Positions 49,090-58,606 of a stretch of 64,000 nucleotides of DNA are shown one piece after another (within the stretch, counting starts at the first letter, position 1; every line of letters starts with the position of its first letter). Source of the DNA: Rickettsiales bacterium (lineage in GTDB: Bacteria > Pseudomonadota > Alphaproteobacteria > Rickettsiales > UBA3002); NCBI GenBank assembly GCA_028281385.1, contig JANQJY010000070.1, positions 12,158 to 76,157 of the forward strand. Reading direction: 5' to 3'. The notes beneath the pieces are model-generated. The model was given only the letters and a program-made list of their open reading frames with translations. It had not been told where the DNA came from and did not search any database. Position numbers and translations under genes: made by a program.

Positions 49090-50221
49090 GAATATATTGG
49101 AAAGACAAACTAGTTCGGGTATCTGCCTGACGCCGGAAGATGTAGACCGCCTGCTGCATGACAGTTCGGCGGATTCGCGTATCGGCGTGTTGGAAAAAAT
49201 CTCTCACCAATATGACAAAAAGCAATTCCAGCAACGTGAATTTCTGATTGCGGAGGAAATTTTTCGTATCCTGATGAAAGACACCGAGCAGCGGGTGCGT
49301 GAAATATTAAGCCAGCATGTCAAAGATAATCCAGATATTCCGCGCGATGTTATTCTGCATCTGGCACAGGATGTGGAAAAAGTTGCCATATCGGTGCTTG
49401 AATCATCGGTGGTGTTGAGCGATGCTGATCTGATTCAAATCATTCAGACCTCGCGTGAAATGAACAAATTGCTGGCGATCTCAAGACGAGACAGAGTGTC
49501 GGAACGTGTATCGCAAGCGCTGGTAGAGACGCATTATCCGCAGGTGGTGGAATCACTGCTTAAAAATGAAGGCGCGACTATTTCCGACGAGTCCTTTGAA
49601 GCGATCATCAAGGAATGTTCCTATGAAGAGAATGTGACGGCTGCATTGGTGGAACGTGGTGGTCTGCCATTATTTATTGTCGAGAAACTGATTCATCACG
49701 TCTCAGACAGCATTGCCGAGGCGTTAAAACAACAATATGATCTTTCAGAGGAAGATATCAGGCAGCACGCGGAAGGAACACGTGAGGCGCTATCCTTGAC
49801 ATTGCTGAAAGATGTAAGGGATGATGACGCGATCGTGGCGATGGTCATCCAGATGCGTGAACAGGGTCGCCTAACACCGTCGGTGGTTTTGCAGGGCCTG
49901 TGCCGTGGCTACCTGCGGTTCTTTGAAATCGCGCTGGCCGAACTAGCGGATATTCCTGTTGCCAATGCGAGAACGCTTATCTCTGACAGAGGTGAGTTGG
50001 GCTTCAAGGCGCTATACGAAAAAACCCAACTGCCTGAAAGTACATTTGAGGCTGTCCGGCTGGTACTGGATGCCATACGCAATACGGCAGGGGAAAACAT
50101 AGAACCGGATACACCGTCTTATGCCAATTACGTTGTCGGCCATGTACTTGAAATGGCCGAAGGCAGAGAAGTTGACAATCTGCCCTATATCATTGCCCTG
50201 ATCCGTCAGAATAACGCTTAA
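49070..50221 (+). CDS. DUF2336-family protein, paralog 2
   Basis: The start is set at the ATG giving MYQPYTENILE. Its layout is homologous to paralog 1 (LLHDSSADSRIGVLEKISHQY versus LVHEPSAAVRAHIAEKVCVGY), and it overlaps paralog 1 by 20 nt. Confidence 0.7.
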   Translation: MYQPYTENILERQTSSGICLTPEDVDRLLHDSSADSRIGVLEKISHQYDKKQFQQREFLIAEEIFRILMKDTEQRVREILSQHVKDNPDIPRDVILHLAQDVEKVAISVLESSVVLSDADLIQIIQTSREMNKLLAISRRDRVSERVSQALVETHYPQVVESLLKNEGATISDESFEAIIKECSYEENVTAALVERGGLPLFIVEKLIHHVSDSIAEALKQQYDLSEEDIRQHAEGTREALSLTLLKDVRDDDAIVAMVIQMREQGRLTPSVVLQGLCRGYLRFFEIALAELADIPVANARTLISDRGELGFKALYEKTQLPESTFEAVRLVLDAIRNTAGENIEPDTPSYANYVVGHVLEMAEGREVDNLPYIIALIRQNNA

Positions 50222-51072
50222 TGACTGCTCAGTAAGGCCAATAGTTTTTCCGGAAAAGACAGTTTCACGGACACGTTCTCGGTGAGGTGATTGTCATACT
50301 GCATCATGCGTTTGAGTTGGCGGTGATAGACGCGTTTCATCATCAGTGCCGGCAATAACGCCCTGCGATCATCGGGGTGAATCAGGGTTTCGGATAATAT
50401 GTAATAACGATCGGCAAGCTGCAATACATGCTGCAGCACGGGGGTTATGATCGCCGGTTCTGTTAGAATCATCTCCGGCGTCAGATCATTCAGCGCATAC
50501 CGGTTACACCACTCTCTGGCCAGATAGATACGCCCCCGCTTGGCATCATCGAGAATATCGCGGGCGATATTGGTATATTGAAAAGCATGGCCGAGGTGAA
50601 TGGCGAAGGCCTTGCTTTGCTCATGCGTACAGTCGAACAGTTTGATGGCGGCCAGCCCGACGCATCCGGCGACCTGATAGCTGTAGCGTTCCAGTTCCGC
50701 TTCGCAGGGTATGCAGAAAGTCTGTTTGCTATCCATACGCACACCGGCAAGAATCTCATTCAGGTCAGTGTAAATGTCCTCATAGGCGGCGAAAGGAGCA
50801 AAGAACCGCTCTGCGCCTTTAGGCAGTGGCCGGCCATGATGCCAGTCATCGAGCATCTCTTGCCATTGATGTAATGCGGCCAGTGCCTCAACCCTGTTTG
50901 CTATATCATCGGCGCAGCTGTCAACGGCATGACAGAAATGGTAAAGCGATTGCATGGCGCGGCGCTGCCTGCCGCGCATGAGGAAAATGGGCAGAAAAAA
51001 AGAACTGGAGATCAGAGCGCGATCGGTAAAAAAAGGCGGAAGGGGATGACCGGTGGTAATGGCACTGTTCAT
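50218..51072 (-). CDS. hpnD: presqualene diphosphate synthase-like (squalene/phytoene synthase family)
   Basis: 284 aa with SSFFLPI...RRAMQSLYHFCHAVDSCADD and a second Asp-rich region (NIARDILDDA). Its position after hpnC fits. Confidence 0.75.
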   Translation of the reverse strand: MNSAITTGHPLPPFFTDRALISSSFFLPIFLMRGRQRRAMQSLYHFCHAVDSCADDIANRVEALAALHQWQEMLDDWHHGRPLPKGAERFFAPFAAYEDIYTDLNEILAGVRMDSKQTFCIPCEAELERYSYQVAGCVGLAAIKLFDCTHEQSKAFAIHLGHAFQYTNIARDILDDAKRGRIYLAREWCNRYALNDLTPEMILTEPAIITPVLQHVLQLADRYYILSETLIHPDDRRALLPALMMKRVYHRQLKRMMQYDNHLTENVSVKLSFPEKLLALLSSH

Positions 51073-51902
51073 AATGCTTCCCTCAGTGCAGGCAACAGGC
51101 AGAACAGGGCGGTTGTCCTGGAGATGGTCACAGGACCTGCAATGGGATCATGCCGTTTGAGCGCTTCAAGCAGACAGGCCGCGATCTGCCAGATCCAGGC
51201 AACCTCAAGGCGCAGGCGAAACGATGATATATTATCCCAGCCATGCTGTGACTGTAGCAGCAATGCCTGCATCTTCTCCAGCATGTCATCCAGCAGAGCA
51301 CGCAGTGCGGGGCTGTAGCTGTCAGCCGCCAGATCCGTTTCGGATAGCTGATAATGTGTCATCAGATTCTGCGGCAGGTAAATGCGATCTAATTGCTGAT
51401 AATCAGTTTTTATGTCCTGCAGGTGATTGATCAGCTGTAACAGCATGCACAGTGCATCGGTCTTGGCGGTGTCGGCTTTGGTTTCTCCACATAATTCGAG
51501 GACGGCGCGTCCGACCGGTGCGGCAGAATAGCGGCAATAGTCCAGCACATCCTCATAGCGTTGATAACGAGAGGTTTCGGCGTCCTGCTTGAAGGCAATC
51601 AGCAGATCACGGCCATGAAGCGGCGAAAGAGCAGCGGATGAGACAAGTTTGGCATAGCCCTTCGCCCAGGGAGGTAGCGTGTTAGCATGGCCCTTATGGA
51701 GGGATGTTTCAAGCGCTGTCAGTGCTTCCAGCTTCTCCTGCGAGGTCATATCGGGATGATCGGCAATATTATCGGCGCCACGGGCGAAGTCATAAAAAGC
51801 GAAAATATCGGCACGCGCCGCTTCCGGCAGTAGCCAGGAAGCCACCGGAAAATTTTCGCCTGTGCGAGCTTGGACGTGGTGTAATCCTTGTTGTAATCCC
51901 AT
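51069..51902 (-). CDS. hpnC: hydroxysqualene synthase-like (squalene/phytoene synthase family)
   Basis: 277 aa. The [11 protein letters not shown]...[16 protein letters not shown] signature is typical of HpnC. An ATGA junction links it to hpnD. Confidence 0.75.
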   Translation of the reverse strand: MGLQQGLHHVQARTGENFPVASWLLPEAARADIFAFYDFARGADNIADHPDMTSQEKLEALTALETSLHKGHANTLPPWAKGYAKLVSSAALSPLHGRDLLIAFKQDAETSRYQRYEDVLDYCRYSAAPVGRAVLELCGETKADTAKTDALCMLLQLINHLQDIKTDYQQLDRIYLPQNLMTHYQLSETDLAADSYSPALRALLDDMLEKMQALLLQSQHGWDNISSFRLRLEVAWIWQIAACLLEALKRHDPIAGPVTISRTTALFCLLPALREAL

Positions 51903-51962
51903 GACAACCTGTTAGAACATGATTTGATAACCTCGTCTATCGGAATGTCTATGGAAGAAAGC

Positions 51963-52733
51963 ATGCGCATCGCCTGCCTGGCGGATAATTCGGACAAAGC
52001 GCAGGAAGCGTATAAAGAGCTTTCGGCTCGCTATGAATTTGTGGAGCTGACGAGAAAACGCACCAAACCGGATGTGATTGTCGTATTGGGCGGGGATGGT
52101 TTCATGCTGCAGACATTGCATAAATTCATGCATCGCAGCACACCGATCTACGGCATGAATTGTGGAACGGTCGGTTTCCTGATGAACAGCTATTCGCCGG
52201 ATAATCTGGAAGAGCGTATCCATGAAGCGCGGGCCTCTACGTTGCATCCACTTTCCATGTATGCGCAGACGATCGATGGCCGCGAGAAGCATGCGCTGGC
52301 GATTAATGAGGTGTCATTGTTCCGCGAAAGCCGTCAGGCGGCTAAGATTCGCGTCACGGTCGATCATGTGGTGCGTCTGAATGAATTGATTTGCGATGGT
52401 GTGCTTCTGTCGACGCCTGCGGGCAGCACAGCCTATAATTTTTCCATCGGCGGGCCGATTATTCCCTTGAGCGGAAACGTCCTGGCGATGACGCCAATGG
52501 GGCCGTTTCGCCCGAGGCGCTGGAAAGGTGCGTTGCTGCCGCATACCGCCAGTACGGTGTTTGAAGTACTGGAACCGGAGAAACGGCCGGTTAGTGCCGT
52601 GGCGGATTTTACCGAAATCAGGGATGTGGTCAGCGTATCCATCGATGAAGAACGAGCCATCACGTTGTCGCTGTTGTTCGATCCCGAGCATATTCTTGAA
52701 GAACGCATCATTAAGGAGCAGTTTGTTGACTAG
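51963..52733 (+). CDS. nadK: NAD kinase
   Basis: It has the [12 protein letters not shown] motif. The start is set at the ATG with a GGAAGA RBS (MRIACLAD), and the ORF is open from 51924. Confidence 0.85.
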   Translation: MRIACLADNSDKAQEAYKELSARYEFVELTRKRTKPDVIVVLGGDGFMLQTLHKFMHRSTPIYGMNCGTVGFLMNSYSPDNLEERIHEARASTLHPLSMYAQTIDGREKHALAINEVSLFRESRQAAKIRVTVDHVVRLNELICDGVLLSTPAGSTAYNFSIGGPIIPLSGNVLAMTPMGPFRPRRWKGALLPHTASTVFEVLEPEKRPVSAVADFTEIRDVVSVSIDEERAITLSLLFDPEHILEERIIKEQFVD

Positions 52734-53613
52734 ATTTTTTCATCTCTCAGAGACCGTGCAGGCCATCTGGCTGTTTATCTATGTGTTGCTTACGGTGGCG
52801 ATGATTATTGGTATTGTCCGGCATTTGTCGGCGGAATTTCACACTTTTCAAATGGTGCTGGCCTATAACGGGTTTGCCGTATTGTGTTTTATTCCGTGGC
52901 TAATTAAGTACAAATGGGATGGCATCAAGACCACACGCCATAAACTCTATGCCATACGTGCGGTACTGGAATTCGGCTCCTTTTCCCTGTCATTCTACGC
53001 ATTGAGCATGATTCCGTTGCCAATGCATACGGCATTGCTGTTTATTACGCCGATTTTCGGCACCATCATGGCGATTCTGATTCTGAAAGAACATGCATCG
53101 CCCCATACTGTTCTGGCGGTTGCGGCCGGATTTCTGGGGGTGTTGATCGTGACGCGCCCGGGCATCACCGAGTTCAATATCGGGATTATTTTCGCCCTGC
53201 TTGCGGCGATGGGGTTTTCGCTCTGTGCGATTACCATCAAACTGCTTACCAAAACCGAGGATTCAACCAAAATTGCCTTTTACATGTTGTCGATGAGTAC
53301 GATGATTTCCCTTCCTTTCGGACTGTATCACTGGGTGAATCCGACGTTGGAACAATGGGGCTGGCTGGCATTTATCGGGTTTCTGGCTTATTCGCAGCAG
53401 ATTGCCGTGGCGAAGGCATTGTCAAAAGTGCCGTATATGACGGTGATTCCGCTGAATTTCCTGCAGCTTGTGTTCGTGTCGATCATTGCCTATCTCTTCT
53501 TTAACGAGTTGATCGATATCTGGACACTGACAGGCGCGGTAATCATTATTGCCGGTACGTTGTATAACGCGTATAAATCGACCAGAATAACACCTCCGGT
53601 AGAAAGCGTGTGA
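52726..53613 (+). CDS. EamA/DMT-family transporter
   Basis: About 295 aa with 10 predicted TM helices in two EamA halves. The likely start is a TTG at 52723 or 52726, which overlaps the nadK stop. The upstream part of the 361-aa ORF runs in an alternative frame through nadK. Confidence 0.7.
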   Translation: MTRFFHLSETVQAIWLFIYVLLTVAMIIGIVRHLSAEFHTFQMVLAYNGFAVLCFIPWLIKYKWDGIKTTRHKLYAIRAVLEFGSFSLSFYALSMIPLPMHTALLFITPIFGTIMAILILKEHASPHTVLAVAAGFLGVLIVTRPGITEFNIGIIFALLAAMGFSLCAITIKLLTKTEDSTKIAFYMLSMSTMISLPFGLYHWVNPTLEQWGWLAFIGFLAYSQQIAVAKALSKVPYMTVIPLNFLQLVFVSIIAYLFFNELIDIWTLTGAVIIIAGTLYNAYKSTRITPPVESV

Positions 53614-53678
53614 CAGGCGGGAGCCTCTGTGATATATCACAAACATCACCTAAATAAATGGCTGCGGGGAGAGAAGTC

Positions 53679-54782
53679 ATGTCAAGCGTCCATATCCAGA
53701 ATATTATCAAAACCATTCAGGAAGAAATTCAGAAATTCGCACGCACCAATGAAACGATTGCGAGCCATACCAATCTGCTGGCGTTGAATGCGACGATTGA
53801 AGCGGCCCGTGCCGGTGAATATGGCAGAGGGTTTGCTGTGGTTGCATCGGAAGTGAAGTCACTGGCAACGCAGGCCGCCAGTAATTCCAAGGAATTCCGT
53901 ACGACGGTGCTGGAGAAAATACGTGAAAAAACCGACGAGCTGGCAAAGCAGTTCGAAGGCAAGGAGCGTGATCGTCTGACTGATATGTCGCAGAATATTG
54001 TGCAGCTGGCGGTACGGCATCTGCAGGAAAGAACGGCTGATATACGTTGGTGGGCTAGGGATCCGTTGTTTCAGCAGATGCTGAATGATCCGTCGGATGA
54101 TATGATCGCACAGGCAAATGCCCGTCTTGCCATCATGAATCGCTATTACAATGCCTGTTTGAGTATTGTGTTGACAGATAAGGAAGGGAAAGTGCTGGCG
54201 AGTTCTGCTCCGTCACGTTTTCCCAAGATAGCAGGCGCAAATGTGTCGGGAAAGGCGTGGTTTATGAATGCGGTAAAAAGCCAGCATGAAGATGATTATT
54301 TTGCCGAAGACCTGCACCGGGAAGTGTTGCTGAACGATGAGCCAGTGGTGACGTTCTCAACGGCTGTACACAGGGAAGGAAGTGATGGATCCGATGTACT
54401 GGGCGTGCTGGCAGTGTTTATTGAATGGGAACAACAGTCGAAGAAAATCGTTAAAGATGATGTCGCACTTTCTGCAGAAGAATGGAGGCAAACCCAGGTG
54501 ATGTTGCTGGATTCCAGATATCGTGTGATTGCCTCATCTGATCATTCGCAAATACAAGAGGCTTTTCCCCTTAAGACGGAGTTCGGAAAGAAGGGGAGCT
54601 ATGTGGATGACAGCGGCAATCTGATCGCCTATGCCAGAACCAACGGTTATCAGGATTATGATGGGCTTGGCTGGTATGGGGTGATCATGCAGAGGCGTAG
54701 CGATATGAAAGCAGAAACGACTGAGGGTAACCCGGCGGCAAATAGTAAGAAAGAAGACGATGTACCGGCGGCTGCCGCTTAG
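53679..54782 (+). CDS. soluble protein with an MCP signalling hairpin-tip segment plus a C-terminal Cache/PDC-like domain
   Basis: The N-terminal [31 protein letters not shown] is the highly conserved MCP tip. The C-terminal part ([13 protein letters not shown]...GKAWF...VVTFSTAV...GVLAVFI) looks Cache-like. I saw no TM helix. The start is set at the ATG with a GGGGAGAG RBS. Confidence 0.7.
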   Translation: MSSVHIQNIIKTIQEEIQKFARTNETIASHTNLLALNATIEAARAGEYGRGFAVVASEVKSLATQAASNSKEFRTTVLEKIREKTDELAKQFEGKERDRLTDMSQNIVQLAVRHLQERTADIRWWARDPLFQQMLNDPSDDMIAQANARLAIMNRYYNACLSIVLTDKEGKVLASSAPSRFPKIAGANVSGKAWFMNAVKSQHEDDYFAEDLHREVLLNDEPVVTFSTAVHREGSDGSDVLGVLAVFIEWEQQSKKIVKDDVALSAEEWRQTQVMLLDSRYRVIASSDHSQIQEAFPLKTEFGKKGSYVDDSGNLIAYARTNGYQDYDGLGWYGVIMQRRSDMKAETTEGNPAANSKKEDDVPAAAA

Positions 54783-54806
54783 ATGCGCCGGTATTCTGAT
54801 TGAAAA

Positions 54807-56723
54807 TTAAATAATGAAAAGCGCAATATCTGTTTCAGTGAAGGCGTTGTCTTCTACGCCAAAAATAGCTACAGTGTCACCATTACCAAGATCAATGCTC
54901 GCACTCGTTCCGGAATAAGTGATGCGGCTGATTACATCTGCTGCAGTGGAAATCCCCGTATTGTTGATATTTTCCTGTACCATGATGATATCTGTTCCGT
55001 GGCTGAAAGAGCGGATAACATCATTGCCATTGTTGCTATAGAACATAAAAGCATCGGCGCCGCTATCGCCATCAAGAAAATCATTCCCATTTTGTCCCCA
55101 TAAAATATCGTCGCCACTGCCACCATCCAGCGTGTCATCACCATAGCCGCCATATAGGGTGTCGTTACCTGATTCTCTCGTATAAGAGAGTGATTCCCCG
55201 GATTCATCGACAGGAAAATAATCAGAGTTTCCGCCGGCCAGTAAATCGTTTCCACCATTGCCAGCCAGCAAATCATCGCCATCGCCGCCTATCAGCGTAT
55301 CATCCACATCGGTGGGATCTGCGATGGAACCGCCGCCCAATAATGAGTCATTTCCGGCACTACCGAAAATGAGATCACTTCCATAGCCGCCATATACCGT
55401 ATCATCACCATCATCAGGGTCACGGTAAAAGCTAAGAAAGAAACTGGATTCTTCCAGATTAAAAATACTAATGGTTATATCGTCAAAATTGAGTACTTTA
55501 GTACCTTGCTCTTCCCGTACAACTTCTTCCTCACCTTCGGCATCTTCGATAGGATCACCGGCATAAATACCGCCACCACCAAATAAGGTATCATTCCCCA
55601 TGTTGCCATAAATTAAATCATTACCAAGATCACCGCGGATAATGTCTGCACTGTCATTCGTGTCGGCGATGTTGCGTCCACCGAAGATGATATCATCTCC
55701 TTCCCATCCATCGAGCGTATCCGAGCCCAGATGGCCAACAAGGTGATTATCATTATCGTTACCGGAGACAAGATCATTCCCGTCAGCTGCCTGTGCGCTT
55801 TCGATATTACTGTTTAGCGCAACCCAAAAGGTCGTATTGCCGATCTGATTAAGTCCGGGCGTGATGTCCTCAGCGATAGATTCATTGTCGAATCGATAAC
55901 TGTCCGTCAAGTCGATGACGACATCCTGTCCGGAAACATTCGCGGCAATGATATCGTTGCCCGCGCCATCCCAGAGCGTGAAGAGCTGTGTCTCTGTACC
56001 GTCATAGACATGGGCGGTATCGCCGGAATTATGAGATGTGTTTGCGCCGTATAAATATTGTACCGTAGCTATGTCCAGCAGCATGGGCGTAGAAGGATAA
56101 AGCTCGCTGTTTGCATGTTCCCCGTCATTATCTGACAACACAGTGTAATCAAGGGAATCTAAAGTTGAATCGAGGGCATTTCCCGTTCCTCTAGTCGTAT
56201 CTTCCGGCTCCTTAAATCCGATACCGAAACCTATACGATTAAGCATTGAGAAAAAACCGAGCTCGCCCTGACTTATTTGTTCTAGTGCAATCTCATCATC
56301 CAACTGGGCCTCGAACGTATTCAAAAACGTTCCGGAGTAATAAAGAAAAGAATAGCTTGAAATATCGTCACCGTCTAACCCGAGGCCGTCCAAATCTCTT
56401 ATAGTAAGGCGAATTTCGCTTGTGATGGTGCCTTCCGTGAAGGTGATATTGGCAACCTTGGACCACTCCTCCAGTGCTTCCTTATATGTGCGTTGCGTAG
56501 ATAAAGAAGGGGTGGTGCCTTCCAGGGTACTCAAACCGAACGTATAGTTGACTGTCGCAGCGGTATCAATATCACCGGACCATGATGCTCCGATTAACAG
56601 GGCATCGATATATGCTTCTGTATCGGTAAAAGCTCGTCGTACTACATCGAGATCGGAGGAAGTATTCAGATGATTGGGGTCGGTTCCACTGCTGACGCCA
56701 TTGGGCACATGAATAAAACTCAT
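54807..56723 (-). CDS. serralysin-like RTX protein with a degenerate zinc site (pseudo-protease)
   Basis: 638 aa. The N-terminal domain is homologous to the neighbouring protease, but HEXXHXXGXXH is replaced by NRIGFGIGFKE and the Met-turn by TVLSD. Many GGxGxD nonapeptide repeats are present. Confidence 0.8.
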   Translation of the reverse strand: MSFIHVPNGVSSGTDPNHLNTSSDLDVVRRAFTDTEAYIDALLIGASWSGDIDTAATVNYTFGLSTLEGTTPSLSTQRTYKEALEEWSKVANITFTEGTITSEIRLTIRDLDGLGLDGDDISSYSFLYYSGTFLNTFEAQLDDEIALEQISQGELGFFSMLNRIGFGIGFKEPEDTTRGTGNALDSTLDSLDYTVLSDNDGEHANSELYPSTPMLLDIATVQYLYGANTSHNSGDTAHVYDGTETQLFTLWDGAGNDIIAANVSGQDVVIDLTDSYRFDNESIAEDITPGLNQIGNTTFWVALNSNIESAQAADGNDLVSGNDNDNHLVGHLGSDTLDGWEGDDIIFGGRNIADTNDSADIIRGDLGNDLIYGNMGNDTLFGGGGIYAGDPIEDAEGEEEVVREEQGTKVLNFDDITISIFNLEESSFFLSFYRDPDDGDDTVYGGYGSDLIFGSAGNDSLLGGGSIADPTDVDDTLIGGDGDDLLAGNGGNDLLAGGNSDYFPVDESGESLSYTRESGNDTLYGGYGDDTLDGGSGDDILWGQNGNDFLDGDSGADAFMFYSNNGNDVIRSFSHGTDIIMVQENINNTGISTAADVISRITYSGTSASIDLGNGDTVAIFGVEDNAFTETDIALFII

Positions 56724-56797
56724 AGCGTATTTCCCTGTTTTTTCTGAGAGAATACACTATTTCAGTGTGTTTTTAAATCGTTAAAGCGGATTTGAGG

Positions 56798-58489
56798 CTA
56801 GATAATCTGAAAATCATCCGCCGAGAGTGCATTAATGCCAACATCCGAGACGGTAATCACATTAGTGCCACCGAAATTCAAAAACGCATCGCCGGCACCG
56901 TTGTAAAACAGCGCGGTGACGGCCTGTTCCGCTGTGGTAATGCCGGAGCCAAGCAAATTGCTTTCCAGCTGGATGATATCGCCACCGGCGCTGCCAGCGC
57001 CTTCGAAGAAGGAGATTACATCGCCGCCGATAGTACTGCCGGAGAAGACATAGATATCGTCGCCAAAACCGGCATGCAGCACGTCATTGCCGTCCTGCCC
57101 GTACAATATATCATTGCCGCCATTGCCGAATAGCTGATCATCGCCGACACCGCCATAGATCGTGTCAGCCTGATCGTCCGGATCGGCCAGCGAACCGCCG
57201 CCATAAAGCACGTCGTTGCCGCCGTTGCCGAAGATGATATCGGAACCTTTACCACCATAGACCGTATCCTGCGCATCGCTCGGGTCGACCCGGTTGCCGC
57301 CGCCGGAAAGCGAATCATCTCCGGCATTGCCGGTGATGAAATCTTCGCCACCGCCGCCGAAAATAGTGTCATTGCCATCTACGGCATCAGCAAGTCCTTC
57401 ACCGCCATAGAGAAAGTCGTTACCGGCATTGCCGTAAATCAGATCATCACCATCATCGCCGGTGATGGTATCGGCATCGGCACTGGTATCGACAATGCCG
57501 TTACCGCCGTAAAGCGTATCATTACCATCGCCGCCGCTGAGCGAGTCTGCACCGTTGCCGCCAAATAATTCATTCGCCCCATCGTCGCCGGTCACGGTAT
57601 CATTTCCGTCACCGCCAAGAGCACGTTCTACCCGCGTGTTCTCGGCAATCCACACCAGCGTATTGCCGATCTGAGAATATTCATCGCTATCACCGGCTTT
57701 GAGCGAAATCCGAACATTGCCGGCTACGCCGCTGGCGCTTAACGTATCCGTTCCGCCGGCATCCCAAAGCGTCACCACTTCTGTCGAACCATCATAGCTG
57801 TAGGTCGTATCACCTGTCATGTAACCTGTATTTGCTCCGTATAAATATTGTATGGCGGCAATGTCGTAGAGCATCGGAGACTCTGACGGATTGCTTAATT
57901 CATTCACCAAATTACTACTATTATACGACATCACCGTATTTTGTATAGTATCTTCTGCACTGCTTAAAAAGGGTGCAACATCGCTGCTGCCGTAGTTTCC
58001 GGGATGTTTGAGGCCAAGCGAATGGCCGATTTCATGCAGCAGGGTCAGATAGCCGAAACTGCCTTCGGACAAGTCGGTGATGGAATCATCAATCATTACC
58101 TCGGAAGAAGCGATGGTGGTCCCGCTGAAATAGGTAACGGCAAGCCCTGCCGTGCCGAATCCAAGATCAGTCTGCGAAAAGGTAAGATCAGCGCCGGAAC
58201 TGACTTCGTTGAAAGTAATATTGGTGACGTTGGACCAGGCCGCCATGGCTTTGAGCGCCTGCGTCTGTTGTGTGCTGTTAAAGACGCTTCCACCTTCGGC
58301 GGAGAATCCGAAAGAATAATTCACTGTTGTGCTTTGTCCGGTGGTGCCGGTCCAGGAGAAATCTTCCAGCAACGCGTCAATGTTGGTGGAACCGCTGCTG
58401 AATGCCGCAATACTCACGCCTTCATTGATAGGAATATGGTTCGGATTGTCTGCCGGGTTCAGGCGTGCACTCACGCAGATAAAACACAT
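56798..58489 (-). CDS. serralysin-family (M10B) zinc metalloprotease with RTX repeats
   Basis: 563 aa with HEIGHSLGLKHP, the Met-turn VMSY, more than 10 GGxGxD repeats and a C-terminal hydrophobic or acidic end (DDFQII). Confidence 0.85.
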   Translation of the reverse strand: MCFICVSARLNPADNPNHIPINEGVSIAAFSSGSTNIDALLEDFSWTGTTGQSTTVNYSFGFSAEGGSVFNSTQQTQALKAMAAWSNVTNITFNEVSSGADLTFSQTDLGFGTAGLAVTYFSGTTIASSEVMIDDSITDLSEGSFGYLTLLHEIGHSLGLKHPGNYGSSDVAPFLSSAEDTIQNTVMSYNSSNLVNELSNPSESPMLYDIAAIQYLYGANTGYMTGDTTYSYDGSTEVVTLWDAGGTDTLSASGVAGNVRISLKAGDSDEYSQIGNTLVWIAENTRVERALGGDGNDTVTGDDGANELFGGNGADSLSGGDGNDTLYGGNGIVDTSADADTITGDDGDDLIYGNAGNDFLYGGEGLADAVDGNDTIFGGGGEDFITGNAGDDSLSGGGNRVDPSDAQDTVYGGKGSDIIFGNGGNDVLYGGGSLADPDDQADTIYGGVGDDQLFGNGGNDILYGQDGNDVLHAGFGDDIYVFSGSTIGGDVISFFEGAGSAGGDIIQLESNLLGSGITTAEQAVTALFYNGAGDAFLNFGGTNVITVSDVGINALSADDFQII

Positions 58490-58530
58490 AAGGGAATTCC
58501 GTCTTTTTCTGGAGTTTACAGGATATTATA

Positions 58531-58556
58531 TTTACAAAAAGTAAATTTTTTGTAAA
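58531..58556. promoter_or_regulatory. 10-bp-arm inverted repeat in the divergent protease/GT promoter region
   Basis: The arm tttacaaaaa (58531-58540) and the arm tttttgtaaa (58547-58556) are exact reverse complements, with a 6-nt spacer. Confidence 0.4.
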
Positions 58557-58606
58557 ACACGCTGTGACATGCGTAAAGAATGATTGTTTTTACACGTTAG
58601 ATAGAT

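Noticed and set aside
52528-52722. Upstream 65 codons of the 361-aa ORF containing the EamA transporter
   Set aside because: This part overlaps nadK in another frame and is Arg/Cys/Pro-rich. The transporter sequence proper begins at the TTG codons at 52723 and 52726.
54768-54800. Possible bidirectional terminator between the MCP-like gene and the pseudo-protease gene (accggcg...cgccggt)
   Set aside because: The 7-bp stem encloses a loop of about 15 nt, partly overlaps the coding sequence and lacks a clear U-tract. That is too weak to call.
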